Source: Halarcobacter sp. (GTDB lineage: Bacteria; Campylobacterota; Campylobacteria; Campylobacterales; Arcobacteraceae). From it: 64,000 nt of DNA. The position numbers and the translations under genes are program-made. This document shows, one piece after another, positions 48,790-59,960 of this stretch; the first letter of the stretch is position 1, and each line of letters opens with the position of its first letter. The DNA is taken from assembly GCA_048571215.1 (NCBI GenBank), contig CP182352.1:768001-832000 (forward strand). Direction: 5' to 3'. The notes beneath the pieces were generated by a model. It was given only the letters and a program-made list of their open reading frames with translations. It did not search any database and had not been told where the DNA came from.

Positions 48790-49347
48790 TTAAGCAACTG
48801 CTTCTTTTGCATATTTAAGACCTAAGTCAAATGCTTTTTCATTGATATCGTGAACTTTTGCAGGTACTTTGCTAAGCATTGTACTTTTTAAAATTGCGTT
48901 ATCAACTGTTTCACCAGTCATGTAGTTTGCAATAGATAAAGCAAGAACTGATTGAGTAATCACATTTCCAATCTCTTCTTTTGCAATTGTAATAATTGGT
49001 ATTTCAAAAATTTTCCATTTTTTCTTATCTTCTTCAGTTGGAGTTACTAGGTTAGGTTCAATAACAATTATTCCACCTTCTTTAACTCCACCTTTGAACT
49101 GATCATAAGATACTTGCGCAACTGATAACATGAAATCAATTTCACCATCATTTGCATATGGATATAAAATTTCATTATCTTCTAAAGTGATATCAACAAC
49201 TGTTGCTCCACCTCTAACTTGTGAAGTATATGTAGATGTTTTTAAACCATTTCCACCTGAATTGATTTTTGCAGCTGCAAAAATTGAACCAGCAAGAAGT
49301 ACACCTTGTCCACCAACACCTGTAAATCTCATTAATGTTCTAGCCAT
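48790..49347 (-). CDS. oorC: 2-oxoglutarate:acceptor oxidoreductase gamma subunit
   Basis: GVGGQGV, YTSQVRGG. Confidence 0.95.
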   Translation of the reverse strand: MARTLMRFTGVGGQGVLLAGSIFAAAKINSGGNGLKTSTYTSQVRGGATVVDITLEDNEILYPYANDGEIDFMLSVAQVSYDQFKGGVKEGGIIVIEPNLVTPTEEDKKKWKIFEIPIITIAKEEIGNVITQSVLALSIANYMTGETVDNAILKSTMLSKVPAKVHDINEKAFDLGLKYAKEAVA

Positions 49348-49357
49348 GATGTTCTCC

Positions 49358-50191
49358 TTATAATTGTACCATTGTTTTATTTTGATGAGCTTCTTGAACT
49401 TTTTTATAAGAATCAGTATACTCTGCTTTTGTAGTATCTTGTTTTAAAATACCAGTAGGGAATAAACCTTCTTTTTCCTCATCACTCATTTTGTCATATT
49501 TAGTTTTAGCAACAGTTATAGAATCAATCCACTCTAAGTTAGCCATTGCAGAGTTCATTTTATTTTTTCTACCAAGGTTTACATGGCAGTTTGAAAAAAT
49601 GTCAAAGAATGAGTAACCATTGTGTTCAAAACCTTTTACAAAAACTCTTTCAAGTTTTTTTGGATCTAACATAGTTTCTCTTGCAACAAAAGATGCTCCA
49701 GCTCCAATTGCTAAATCACAAGCATTAAAAGTTGGGTCGATATTTCCTCTTTTCATCGTAACTGTCCACATACCTTGTGGAGTAGTTGGAGATGTTTGAG
49801 AGTTAGTTAATCCATAAATAAAGTTATTTACAACGATATGGTTAATATCGATATTTCTTCTACATCCGTGAATTGTATGGTTACCACCAATTGCAAGTCC
49901 ATCCCCATCCCCTGATACACAAATTACATGTTTGTCAGGATTTGCTAATTTAATACCTGTTGCATATGCGATAGTTCTACCATGAGTTGTATGAACAGTG
50001 TTACAATTGATATATGAAGAGAATCTTCCAGAACAACCGATACCTGAAACGACACAAACATCATCCATTTTCCATCCAAGTTTATCGATAGCTCTAATAA
50101 CAGCTTTTAAAATAACTCCATCACCACATCCCCAACACCATAGTGTTGGCATTTTGTTAGTTCTTAAATATTCATCATAATTAAATGCCAT
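49358..50191 (-). CDS. oorB: 2-oxoglutarate:acceptor oxidoreductase beta subunit
   Basis: WCWGCG, SGIGCSGR, GDGD TPP motif. Confidence 0.96.
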   Translation of the reverse strand: MAFNYDEYLRTNKMPTLWCWGCGDGVILKAVIRAIDKLGWKMDDVCVVSGIGCSGRFSSYINCNTVHTTHGRTIAYATGIKLANPDKHVICVSGDGDGLAIGGNHTIHGCRRNIDINHIVVNNFIYGLTNSQTSPTTPQGMWTVTMKRGNIDPTFNACDLAIGAGASFVARETMLDPKKLERVFVKGFEHNGYSFFDIFSNCHVNLGRKNKMNSAMANLEWIDSITVAKTKYDKMSDEEKEGLFPTGILKQDTTKAEYTDSYKKVQEAHQNKTMVQL

Positions 50192-50192
50192 A

Positions 50193-51323
50193 TTACATTC
50201 CTTTCACTTTTTCTACTATTTCAAGAGGAGCAATTGGTCTACCATTTGCTTTAAATAAAGTATCAAAATCTCTTCTTCCACTTACTCTTTCAATCTCTTC
50301 TAAGTATTGTCCTAAGTTTAACTCAGTAACAAGTATCTTTTTCACACTATCAGTAATCTCTTTGATTCTTTTTGCTGGGCTTGGCCATAATGTAAGTGGT
50401 CTAAACATACCAACTTTGATCCCTTCAGCTCTTAATCTATTAACTGCTTCTTTTACAGATAAAGCCATAGAACCATATGCAATAATTACGATTTCAGCAT
50501 CATCAAGCATATACTCTTCGTTTGATTCAATCTCTTCAGTATAGTTTTCAACTTTTCTAAATAATCTTTTAATTAAATCATCACATGTTTGTTCATCTTC
50601 AGTTGGATGACCATTTGCATCATGATGAAGACCTGTATAGTGGTATCTATACCCATTAAACATAGGGTTAAGAACTGCTGGTTGGTCATTTTCACACTCA
50701 TATGGTTTATATTCAGATGCAGGTCCATCATAAGTTTTTCTTGGAATAATCCCAGCTTTTACCTCTTCTAATGTTGGTAAAATTGCTTTACCACTCATAT
50801 GACCAATTGTTTCATCTAAAAGTACAAATACAGGTTGCATAAATCTATCAGCTAAGTTAAAAGCTCTAACAGTTTCAGTATAACATTCACTTAATGTACC
50901 TGCACATAATGTGATTGATTTATAATCACCATGTGTTGGTGTTTTAGCTTGTAAAACATCACCTTGTGCTACACGAGTTGGAAGACCAGTTGATGGACCA
51001 CCTCTCATTACATTTACTATTACTAATGGTACTTCTGCAATATATGCAAGACCAATATTTTCTGATTTTAATGATATCCCAGGACCTGAAGTTGCAGTTA
51101 ATGATCTTTTTCCAGACATTGCCCCACCTATTGCAGCACAAACACCAGCAATCTCATCTTCCATTTGAATTGCTGCTCCACCACATGCAGGTAATAAATC
51201 TGAGATAGTATGCATCACTTCACTTGAAGGAGTAATAGGATATCCACCAAAAAACTCACATCCAGCATCTACTGCCGCAATCGCTGCTAAATCATTACCA
51301 GTTGAAATTATTTCTCTAGCCAT
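50193..51323 (-). CDS. oorA: 2-oxoglutarate:acceptor oxidoreductase alpha subunit
   Basis: GYPITPS, QMEDE, TSGPG, RGGPSTG. Confidence 0.96.
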   Translation of the reverse strand: MAREIISTGNDLAAIAAVDAGCEFFGGYPITPSSEVMHTISDLLPACGGAAIQMEDEIAGVCAAIGGAMSGKRSLTATSGPGISLKSENIGLAYIAEVPLVIVNVMRGGPSTGLPTRVAQGDVLQAKTPTHGDYKSITLCAGTLSECYTETVRAFNLADRFMQPVFVLLDETIGHMSGKAILPTLEEVKAGIIPRKTYDGPASEYKPYECENDQPAVLNPMFNGYRYHYTGLHHDANGHPTEDEQTCDDLIKRLFRKVENYTEEIESNEEYMLDDAEIVIIAYGSMALSVKEAVNRLRAEGIKVGMFRPLTLWPSPAKRIKEITDSVKKILVTELNLGQYLEEIERVSGRRDFDTLFKANGRPIAPLEIVEKVKGM

Positions 51324-51332
51324 CTATTCTCC

Positions 51333-51650
51333 TTAAGCGTCTAGTGCTCTATAGTTATTTTTCTTAATCGCTTCGCCTCTTTCTTTTGCTTCATCAGTAA
51401 GCTTAGCGAATTTGAATTCTTTTTTATCTGCAACATAAATTGCGAAATCAGGACATGATAATTCACAGTCGTTACAACCAATACATGAATCTTTTGCTAC
51501 AATTGAAATCATTGCACCTAAAGTTGAAGTTGGTTCTGGTTTCATTGCAAGTACACCAGCAGGACATACAGATACACATACATCACACGCTTTACATCTA
51601 GCAGTATCAACCCATACTGGAGTATTTGCAGGAGCTTCCATAATTGCCAT
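51333..51650 (-). CDS. oorD: 2-oxoglutarate:acceptor oxidoreductase ferredoxin subunit
   Basis: Two CxxCxxCxxxCP motifs. Confidence 0.95.
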   Translation of the reverse strand: MAIMEAPANTPVWVDTARCKACDVCVSVCPAGVLAMKPEPTSTLGAMISIVAKDSCIGCNDCELSCPDFAIYVADKKEFKFAKLTDEAKERGEAIKKNNYRALDA

Positions 51651-51943
51651 TTTTTCCCCTTAAAAAATTTGATCAATAATTGAGTGAATTCTCAAATATT
51701 CTTGAAACATAATAACTAATTAAACAAATAAAGAAAGTTTAAAAGAGTTATTTATATATGTCTAATTTTTGTTTTGTTACTATATGCAACAATAAAAAGA
51801 CTAAAAAAAAACTATGTTACAAATTGAACTAATAGTAATATAATATATACAAATATTAAAATTTGTATTTTCTTATAAATTTGCCATTTCACTCTTTTTA
51901 AATCTACTTTTTGATATAATTCACAAAAAAATTAAAGGTTTTT

Positions 51944-52654
51944 ATGGTTTTATATCAACCAAACAATGGTTACTGTTACAACAGTGATACACATTTTTTA
52001 TATAGCTTTATTGTACAAAATTTATACAAATTTAAAAATATTAGTGGTGAAGTATTAGACATCGGAAGTGGAAGTGGAATCTTGGGACTTTTAGTTTCTA
52101 GAGAATATAAAAAGCTAAAATTAAACCAATGTGAGATTCAAAATAGTTTTCAGGAACTATCTGAAATAAATGCAAGGTGTAATAAAATTGAAGCAAATTT
52201 ATTTAAGGGTTCATTTTTAGAAATTGATTTTGAAAAACAGTTTGATATGTGTATTTCAAATCCACCTTTTTATCATACTAATGTAATTAAAAGTGAAAAT
52301 GAAAATTTAAAAATAGCTAGATATAATGATAGCTTACCATTGAAAAGTTTTATTCAAAAAGTTTCAATAATATTAAAAAATAGTGGTAAATTTTTTTTCT
52401 GTTATGATGTAAAGCAGATAAATGAGATAATGACTTTGTTAAATGAATATAAACTAAATATAGAGTCTTTGCAGTTTGTACACCCTAACAAGAGTAAAAA
52501 TGCTACACTAGTTTTGGTATATGCAAGAAAAAATTCTAAGTCTTTATTAAATATTTTACCACCTTTAGTTGTTTTTGAGGAAAAGGATTTTTCAGATGAA
52601 GTTAAAGAGATTTATAAAAAATCTTCAACCCACAGTATAAAAGTAGAGATATGA
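51944..52654 (+). CDS. tRNA1(Val) A37 N6-methyltransferase-like (TrmN6/YfiC)
   Basis: LDIGSGSG, SNPPF. Confidence 0.85.
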   Translation: MVLYQPNNGYCYNSDTHFLYSFIVQNLYKFKNISGEVLDIGSGSGILGLLVSREYKKLKLNQCEIQNSFQELSEINARCNKIEANLFKGSFLEIDFEKQFDMCISNPPFYHTNVIKSENENLKIARYNDSLPLKSFIQKVSIILKNSGKFFFCYDVKQINEIMTLLNEYKLNIESLQFVHPNKSKNATLVLVYARKNSKSLLNILPPLVVFEEKDFSDEVKEIYKKSSTHSIKVEI

Positions 52655-53031
52655 GTTTAATAACAAAAGAGGGTTTTGATTTTGCTTTTGAAACCTCAGG
52701 ATGTGATAGTTGTTTAGGTAACTGTTGTATTGGTGAAAGTGGAAATATTTGGATAAATAATATTGAGATAGATAACTTAGTCAAGCATCTAGGTATTAGT
52801 TTAGAGCAATTGAAAAATAGTTATATAGAAAAAAGAGGCTATAAATATAGCATTAAAGAGATACAATTAGCAAAAGATAATTTTGCATGTGTTTTCTTTG
52901 ATTTAGAAAAAAGAGGCTGTAGTATATATGAAGTTAGACCACTTCAATGTAGAACATTTCCCTTTTGGGAATATTTTAAAAAAAATGTAGACGAGGTAAA
53001 ACAAGAGTGTCCAGCTATAAAAGAGTTATAA
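52651..53031 (+). CDS. YkgJ-family cysteine cluster protein
   Basis: CxxCxGxCC, CSIYEVRPLQCRTFPFW. Confidence 0.9.
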   Translation: MSLITKEGFDFAFETSGCDSCLGNCCIGESGNIWINNIEIDNLVKHLGISLEQLKNSYIEKRGYKYSIKEIQLAKDNFACVFFDLEKRGCSIYEVRPLQCRTFPFWEYFKKNVDEVKQECPAIKEL

Positions 53032-54293
53032 TATTTTTATTTTCATTAGTTTTTTTATTGGGATGCTCCCCTTCTCAAAGTAATATAATAAACTACAATG
53101 ATAAAACTTTTCAAAATGAAGATAGAGATATACTTTTTGCCTTAGAGTATGATAGTTTAGGTCAAAAAGATAAAGCTAGAGATTTATATCTATCTTTATA
53201 TAATAGAACATCAAAAGATGAGTACCTTTTAGAGTATTTAAAATTATCTTTTGCTTTACAAAAATATGATGAAATTGTAAGTTTAGTTAAAAAAAGCAAA
53301 CAAAAAATAGTTAAACATAAAAATAAAATTTTAAGAGTTTATATCTTGGCTTTAATACAACAAGAAAAATATGATGAAGCTTTAAAGGTTAGTCATGAGT
53401 TGATAAAAGAAAATAATACAAATCTTAATCATGAGTTGTTAGGAAATATTTTTTTACAAAAAAATGATTATAAAAATGCAAAAAAAGAGTTTGAGTATAT
53501 TTATAAAAATGGTTTTAATGAAAATGCTTTGATTGAATTAATCAATATTATGTATATATATTTAAATGAAAAAGATGAAGCAATAAATCTTTTAGAATCA
53601 CATATCAAACTTAATGGTTGTACTAATCTTACTTGTTCAAAACTTTTAAACATTTATCAAGAAGAGAACAACTTAGATGGGGTTATTTCAGTTCTTGAAA
53701 AAAGTTATTATCAATATAAAGATACTGCTAATCATGTAACAATGGATAATATCTATAAACTTTTGATGTATTATTTAGAAAAAAAAGGCATAGGTGATGC
53801 CATAGCCTTTTTAGAAAAAAGTAAAGCAAATGATGAAAAACTTTTAGATTTATATAGAAATAGCGGAGATTATCAAAAAGCTTATGCTTTGGCAAAAGAG
53901 TTATATGCAAAAACTGCAAATATTGATTATCTTGCACAAATAGCAATGTTGGAATTTGAGAGTGCCAAAAATAAAAAAGATGTTTTAAAAAGTGTTATTA
54001 AAAAATTTAATGATGTTTTGACTGTTTTAGATAATCATATTTACCAAAATTATTTGGGTTATCTTTTAATAGATTTTGATGTAGATATTAAAAGGGGAGT
54101 CTCTTTAGTAAAAAAAGCTTTAGAAAAAGCACCAAATAATTTTGCATATATAGATTCTCTTGCTTGGGGACAATATAAACAAAAAAATTGTAAAGAAGCA
54201 TATAAAAATATGAAAAAAGTTGTTGATAATGTTGGCTTGAAAGATGAGGAGATTAAATCACATTGGAAAAAAATCAAGGAGTGTACTAAGTGA
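53007..54293 (+). CDS. TPR-repeat lipoprotein
   Basis: Lipobox LLGC; NYLGY.LID, DSLAWG TPR end. Confidence 0.8.
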   Translation: MSSYKRVIIFLFSLVFLLGCSPSQSNIINYNDKTFQNEDRDILFALEYDSLGQKDKARDLYLSLYNRTSKDEYLLEYLKLSFALQKYDEIVSLVKKSKQKIVKHKNKILRVYILALIQQEKYDEALKVSHELIKENNTNLNHELLGNIFLQKNDYKNAKKEFEYIYKNGFNENALIELINIMYIYLNEKDEAINLLESHIKLNGCTNLTCSKLLNIYQEENNLDGVISVLEKSYYQYKDTANHVTMDNIYKLLMYYLEKKGIGDAIAFLEKSKANDEKLLDLYRNSGDYQKAYALAKELYAKTANIDYLAQIAMLEFESAKNKKDVLKSVIKKFNDVLTVLDNHIYQNYLGYLLIDFDVDIKRGVSLVKKALEKAPNNFAYIDSLAWGQYKQKNCKEAYKNMKKVVDNVGLKDEEIKSHWKKIKECTK

Positions 54294-55078
54294 TATTAGA
54301 TGAGATAAATAGAATAACAAGAGAAGATGTAGAAAAAAGAAAAAAAGAGTATTCTCTTGATTGGTTAGGAAGAAGCTTAAGTGCAAACCCTTTCCCACCT
54401 AGGGATGTTAAGCCATATTTGACCTCTACAAAAGAAGAACCCATAAGAATAATTGCCGAGGTTAAAAAAGCAAGTCCTAGTAAAGGTGTTATCAAAGAAG
54501 ATTTTGACCCATTAAAAATTGCACAAGAGTATAGTGCAAATGGAGCAAATGCTATATCAGTTCTAACAGAACCTCATTATTTTCAAGGAGATTTAGAGTA
54601 TCTAACACAAATTAGAAGATATGTACCTACACCACTTCTTAGAAAAGATTTTATACTTGATAAATACCAAATAGTTGAAGCTTTAGTTTATGGAGCAGAT
54701 TTTATTTTGCTTATTGCAAAAAGTTTGAGTACTAAAGAGCTAAAAGAGTTATACGATTATGCCTTACATTTAGGATTAGAAGTTTTAGTTGAAGTGCATG
54801 ATAAAGAGGATTTAACAAAAGCTATGAGGTGTGGAGCACATATTGTAGGAATCAATCATAGAAATTTAGAGACTATGGAAATGGATATGACTCTTTGTGA
54901 AAAACTAATCCCAATGATTCCAAATGGGAAAATCATAGTTGCCGAAAGTGGCGTTTCAAATGTGGAAACAATACAGAACTTAAGCTCTATTGGTGCTGAT
55001 GCTTTTTTAATTGGAGAACATTTTATGAGAGTGCCATCTATTAAAGATGAACTTAAAAAATTTAAAAATTGCATTTAG
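54290..55078 (+). CDS. trpC: Indole-3-glycerol phosphate synthase
   Basis: [28 protein letters not shown]. Confidence 0.98.
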   Translation: MILDEINRITREDVEKRKKEYSLDWLGRSLSANPFPPRDVKPYLTSTKEEPIRIIAEVKKASPSKGVIKEDFDPLKIAQEYSANGANAISVLTEPHYFQGDLEYLTQIRRYVPTPLLRKDFILDKYQIVEALVYGADFILLIAKSLSTKELKELYDYALHLGLEVLVEVHDKEDLTKAMRCGAHIVGINHRNLETMEMDMTLCEKLIPMIPNGKIIVAESGVSNVETIQNLSSIGADAFLIGEHFMRVPSIKDELKKFKNCI

Positions 55079-55085
55079 GGTTTAG

Positions 55086-55793
55086 ATGCTAATAAAAGTT
55101 GTTATATTCTCCTTGCTTGCTGGATCAACAGTATTTTTAGGAGCATATACAGCATATTTCTTTGAAAATAGAGTTCATGATAAAAAACTTAAAGAAACAG
55201 TAATCAAATACCTTGTAGCTTTTGCTACAGGTATAATGTTGTCTGCAATCTCTTTTGTTCTTGTCCCTGAAGGGATGAATAATATTTCAATAATTTTAAG
55301 TGTTTTTCTTTTTTTATCTGGTGGGATAAGTTTTTATTTTTTGGACAAGTTTATTCAACATCATAAAACAAATATTCCTCAAATCCTTGCAATGCTTTTA
55401 GACTTTATCCCTGAATCAATTGCCTTAGGTGCAGTTTTTGCATATGATAATAAAATGGGTTTATTACTCTCTTTGTTTATTGCCTTTCAAAACTTTCCAG
55501 AATCATTTAACTCTTATGTTGAAATGGATAAAAATGGTTTTAAAGCCAAAAACTCTTTAATAATCTTTTTTGTATTAAGTTTTGTGGGTTTGATATTTTC
55601 TCTATTTGGATTCTTCTTTTTAGTGGAAAAACCTCAAATAACTTCATCCTTGATGGTTTTTGCTGCTGGTGGAATTATGTATCTTATATTTCAAGATATT
55701 GCACCTTTATTAAATAAAAAAGAGAAAAAACCTGTATCTATTGGAGTGAATATAGGATTTGTTATTGGTATGTTAGGTGATGCTTTATTATAA
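55086..55793 (+). CDS. ZIP-family metal transporter-like protein
   Basis: DFIPESIALG, QNFPE, FAAGG. Confidence 0.82.
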   Translation: MLIKVVIFSLLAGSTVFLGAYTAYFFENRVHDKKLKETVIKYLVAFATGIMLSAISFVLVPEGMNNISIILSVFLFLSGGISFYFLDKFIQHHKTNIPQILAMLLDFIPESIALGAVFAYDNKMGLLLSLFIAFQNFPESFNSYVEMDKNGFKAKNSLIIFFVLSFVGLIFSLFGFFFLVEKPQITSSLMVFAAGGIMYLIFQDIAPLLNKKEKKPVSIGVNIGFVIGMLGDALL

Positions 55794-55805
55794 AATTTCA
55801 GTTTA

Positions 55806-56045
55806 TTATTTATAGGTTAAGCTAAGATTGTTGTTATATTGAAGTACATCTGGGTTAAAAATAGGGTATTTTATGTTTGGATCATTATACTCTTTACTTT
55901 GTCTAGCTCTTGTACTAATAGTTATATAAAAAGCATCTAGGAGTTTTCTTACATTGTTTGTTGGTTGGGTAGTTCTTGCTCTATTGATATTAGGATTGTT
56001 ATCTATAGCTGAATCATATCTATTATAGCTATTTCTTATTTCCAT
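55806..56045 (-). CDS. Hypothetical protein
   Basis: 79 aa, AAGG SD, follows repeat protein. Confidence 0.55.
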   Translation of the reverse strand: MEIRNSYNRYDSAIDNNPNINRARTTQPTNNVRKLLDAFYITISTRARQSKEYNDPNIKYPIFNPDVLQYNNNLSLTYK

Positions 56046-56054
56046 ATTACAACC

Positions 56055-57554
56055 TTATATCTCTTTTTTGAATACTGATTCTAAAATCTCATCTTCTGAA
56101 AGTTCTTTTTTAAGTTTTACCTCTTTTGGTTCTCTTAAAGCTAGAACTCTTTTTTTCAAATTTATTAAATTGTATTTAGCTAAATTCTTAAGTAGTGTAT
56201 CATTTATCATATCAACTTTCAAGGTTTTTTCATCTAGAAGTTTTGTAACTACTCTTTTTAAATTTTCTCTAGTTTTTCTAAATATCTCTTCCTCTTCCGT
56301 CAAAGTGATATAATCTTTTTCTAAATAATCAATAATTTCAATACCAGTATATTTATATGTCATTAAAGAATGGTATGAAAACTCTTTAAATTTTAATGTT
56401 GATATACAAACACTTGTAAAAATATTCCCTCCCACATGGATAAGACCTTCAAGATTATTTAGAGGATTGTGGGAACAAATATAATCTTCATTTACAATAG
56501 AAGGGGAGTGTTCGAGGGATTTAATATTGTTTTTTAAAACAATAAAGTTTTTTCCAACAACTTTTGGCGCACCTTTTAGTGAAGTTAATTCATTTTTGTA
56601 TGCAAGAAAATCTCCTCCAACTTTTTTTGGAGAACCTTCTAGGGACACTAATTCATTGTCACTAATATCGAAGTCACCTTTAACTTCATTGAAGCTAATA
56701 GGAAGTTTTTTGTATGTTTCAAGGGCATTTGAGAGTCTTACATCACCATTTACATCAACTGTATTATCATCTAGGATTTTAAAATCATGGATTCTATTTT
56801 TCTTTAGCCACTTCTCTATATCTTTTTTATTTGATATGGCAACTATAGGTTTATATATATGTTCAATTACCTCTTTACCTTGATATTTCCAAAATTTATT
56901 TTCTTCATCAAAGATACTTGTTTTCATATGATTTAAATTTATATCAGTTGTAATATCCCAACCAATCTCTTCTGCAATATCTTCTAAATCTTTTAGTTCA
57001 TTTGTATGACAGATATAATCTTTCCCAACAGTTATAGGACCTTCTCTTAAGCTATCAATTTTATTATTTGAACAATCAAAATAATCTTTAATATATTTAG
57101 GTCCACCTTTTAAAGAGATTATTTGATTATATGAACATTTAAAATAGCCTTTTATTGTTCTTGGAGTTCCTTCAATTGAAGTCAGTTGATTTTTAGAACA
57201 GTCGAAGTATCCTTCAATCTCTTTAGGAGAGTAAGATAAGTTTTTTAGTAGATTGTCAGAACAGTTAAAATCACCAACACTATAGGGTGCTCCAAAAAGG
57301 GTCTCTATTCTATTTGAGGAACAATCAAAGTCTTTATCAACCTCTTTAGGGCAACCCTCTAGTGAAATCAAATCATTATTACTTATATCAAAATAACCAT
57401 TTATATTTTCAAAAGTAATAGGTAAAATATTTTCAGAAATTTTTCCTCTAAGGTTTACATTTCCATTAACATTGACATTTAAGTTACTAGAAACAGTATA
57501 TCTTGTTATCTCATGTTTATCTAGCCATCTTTCAACATCTTTAATAGTTTTCAA
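56055..57554 (-). CDS. LRR-like repeat protein
   Basis: ~22-aa F.CS.N.L.SL.G.P repeats in two blocks, each with a similar cap domain. Confidence 0.75.
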   Translation of the reverse strand: MKTIKDVERWLDKHEITRYTVSSNLNVNVNGNVNLRGKISENILPITFENINGYFDISNNDLISLEGCPKEVDKDFDCSSNRIETLFGAPYSVGDFNCSDNLLKNLSYSPKEIEGYFDCSKNQLTSIEGTPRTIKGYFKCSYNQIISLKGGPKYIKDYFDCSNNKIDSLREGPITVGKDYICHTNELKDLEDIAEEIGWDITTDINLNHMKTSIFDEENKFWKYQGKEVIEHIYKPIVAISNKKDIEKWLKKNRIHDFKILDDNTVDVNGDVRLSNALETYKKLPISFNEVKGDFDISDNELVSLEGSPKKVGGDFLAYKNELTSLKGAPKVVGKNFIVLKNNIKSLEHSPSIVNEDYICSHNPLNNLEGLIHVGGNIFTSVCISTLKFKEFSYHSLMTYKYTGIEIIDYLEKDYITLTEEEEIFRKTRENLKRVVTKLLDEKTLKVDMINDTLLKNLAKYNLINLKKRVLALREPKEVKLKKELSEDEILESVFKKEI

Positions 57555-57661
57555 AGCCTATCCCTTAATAAATTTCTAAATGGAATATTATTTAAACATT
57601 ATAACATAAATACAATAAGTTATTTTTAAATAAAAACACCTAATATTCTATTATATAAGAA

Positions 57662-58345
57662 TTATTTAAATAATATTGAACCTACTCTTATCATATTTGA
57701 ACCACAAGTTATTGCTAGCTCAAAATCATTACTCATTCCCATTGAACAATATTTTGCTCCAAATGGTACTACTTGATCATAAATCTCTTTTGTTGTTTTA
57801 AAAGAGTTTTTTATAATCTCATTATCTTCAACATGAGCCCCAATACTCATCACACCTTTTAATTTAATATTTGGGCAAGTATTTAAAATCTCTTTATAAA
57901 TATCAATAGCATCTTGGGGCATTACACCTGCTTTAGTATCCTCTTTTGCAGAGTTTATTTGAAGTAAGCAAGACATAGTTTTCTTTTTTGCTTCAAGTTT
58001 TTTATTTAATTCTTGTGCTAAATCTAATGAGTCTAAAGAGTGCATTAAAGTAGGGTTTAAATCAATAAGATTATTGATCTTATTTTTTTGAAGTCTTCCT
58101 ACAAAATGCCATTCTAAAGGTAACTCTTCTAAATCTTCACTTTTTTGTTTTAAATCTTGAACTTTATTTTCTCCAAATGCTCTTTGTCCCACCTTATAAA
58201 GCATAGATATATCTTCACTTTGTGAGTATTTTGATATACCTATGATTTTTACAATATGATGGTCTGAAACTCTAAGTCTAGCACCTTCAACTTTTGAAAT
58301 AACTTTATCTAAGTTTTCTACTGCTTTTTCTTTTGTAATACCCAT
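57662..58345 (-). CDS. yggS: PLP homeostasis protein
   Basis: FGENKVQ, WHFVG.LQ.NK, SMGMSND, RVGS. Confidence 0.96.
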   Translation of the reverse strand: MGITKEKAVENLDKVISKVEGARLRVSDHHIVKIIGISKYSQSEDISMLYKVGQRAFGENKVQDLKQKSEDLEELPLEWHFVGRLQKNKINNLIDLNPTLMHSLDSLDLAQELNKKLEAKKKTMSCLLQINSAKEDTKAGVMPQDAIDIYKEILNTCPNIKLKGVMSIGAHVEDNEIIKNSFKTTKEIYDQVVPFGAKYCSMGMSNDFELAITCGSNMIRVGSILFK

Positions 58346-58353
58346 AAATTATC

Positions 58354-59406
58354 CTATCCAAAAATTCTATTTATATCGTTGTAAATTCCAAGTAACATAA
58401 GTGAAGCTAATATTGCCCAACCAGCAATAGTTAGATACATAAAAACCTTATCACTTGGCTTTCTTCTTGCAATTATTTCATAAAGATTAAACATAATATG
58501 TCCACCATCAAGTGCAGGAATTGGTAAAAGGTTTAAAACCCCTAGGTTTACAGATATAAGTGCAGTAATCACAAGTACAGCTATAAATGAAGATTCACTA
58601 GCATCAGATACCACTTTACCTATTGTAAGTATTCCACCAACTTCTGAACTAGGTACAACCCCTTGTATTAGCTTTTGGACACCTAAAAATATCATTTTTG
58701 AGGATTCTATTGTTTTATCCCAAGAGTAAGAAATAGCTTCTAAAGGATTGTGGTAAATAGTGATTATTTTTGGTGCAGGCATTATCCCAATCATTCTTTT
58801 TTTGATATTTTCTTTAAAAACATTTTGTGCATCAGAAATATACGGGTTTATAGTTTTAACTATATTTTTGCCATCTCTTTTTATGAAAAACTTTAAAGAG
58901 CCTTGACTTTCTCTAATTGTTTTACCAAGTTGATCCCAGGTTTGTATCTTTTTATCATTTATTTGATATATTTGATCACCCTCAAGTATGCCTGCTTTTT
59001 GTGCAGGTGAGTTTTCTTGAATTTTTCCTATTGTAGGGCTTAGTGCATTTGCACCAGCTATAGCAATAATAAAGTATAAAATAGCTGCAAGTAAAAAATT
59101 TGCAAAAGGACCTGCAAAAAGTATAACTATTCTTTGCCAAGGTTTTTTTGTATTGTATGAGTCATTACCATCTTCTACTAAACTAGGTTTAGTATCATCT
59201 TGACCCTTCATTTTTACATAACCACCAAGAGGGACTAGGGCAATTTGCCACTGTGTTCCTCTCCAATATTTTGAATAAATTTGTTTTCCAAATCCTATTG
59301 AAAATACATGTACAGTTACACCAAAATAACGAGCAGCTATAAAATGTCCCAATTCATGAAAAAAAACTAAAAAAGATAATACAATTAAAAATGTAATAGT
59401 TCCCAA
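58354..59406 (-). CDS. rseP: RIP metalloprotease RseP
   Basis: HELGH, PDZ, NLLPIPALDGG. Confidence 0.96.
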   Translation of the reverse strand: MGTITFLIVLSFLVFFHELGHFIAARYFGVTVHVFSIGFGKQIYSKYWRGTQWQIALVPLGGYVKMKGQDDTKPSLVEDGNDSYNTKKPWQRIVILFAGPFANFLLAAILYFIIAIAGANALSPTIGKIQENSPAQKAGILEGDQIYQINDKKIQTWDQLGKTIRESQGSLKFFIKRDGKNIVKTINPYISDAQNVFKENIKKRMIGIMPAPKIITIYHNPLEAISYSWDKTIESSKMIFLGVQKLIQGVVPSSEVGGILTIGKVVSDASESSFIAVLVITALISVNLGVLNLLPIPALDGGHIMFNLYEIIARRKPSDKVFMYLTIAGWAILASLMLLGIYNDINRIFG

Positions 59407-59417
59407 AAAAACTCCAA

Positions 59418-59960
59418 TTAATCTATAAAATAATCACGGGTATATTCATATCCTGAATATAGTGTTAAAGCAACTGCAATCCATAATAAAATTGTTGCCA
59501 TTGGCCAGTTCATAATTAGAAATCCTATTGCAATCATCTGAAAAACTGTTTTTATTTTTCCAGCCATTGTTGAAGCAACACTTTTGTTTTCTGCAACAGC
59601 AACTACACGAAGTCCAGTTATGAAAAACTCCCTTGATAGGATTAGAAAAACAGCCCATGCACTTGCTCTATCTATTACCATAAGTCCAAGAAATCCTGCA
59701 AGCATAAGCATTTTATCTGCCAAAGGATCTAAGATAGCACCCAATTTTGTCATTTGGTTCCAAGCCCTTGCTATATATCCATCAAAAAAATCTGTAACAG
59801 AGGCTATAACAAAAATAAGTCCTGCAAAATAGTCAAACCAACTTGGATGCCATGAAGAGAAAATTGCACTATCTCTTTGAACTAAGAAAAATAGCATTAG
59901 GGGAGCTAATGCTATTCTAAATAGCGCCAAGGTATTTGGTAAATTTAGTGATTTTGACAT
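59418..59960 (-). CDS. pgsA: CDP-diacylglycerol--glycerol-3-phosphate phosphatidyltransferase
   Basis: NLPN, DFFDGYIAR...G..LDPLADK. Confidence 0.96.
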   Translation of the reverse strand: MSKSLNLPNTLALFRIALAPLMLFFLVQRDSAIFSSWHPSWFDYFAGLIFVIASVTDFFDGYIARAWNQMTKLGAILDPLADKMLMLAGFLGLMVIDRASAWAVFLILSREFFITGLRVVAVAENKSVASTMAGKIKTVFQMIAIGFLIMNWPMATILLWIAVALTLYSGYEYTRDYFID

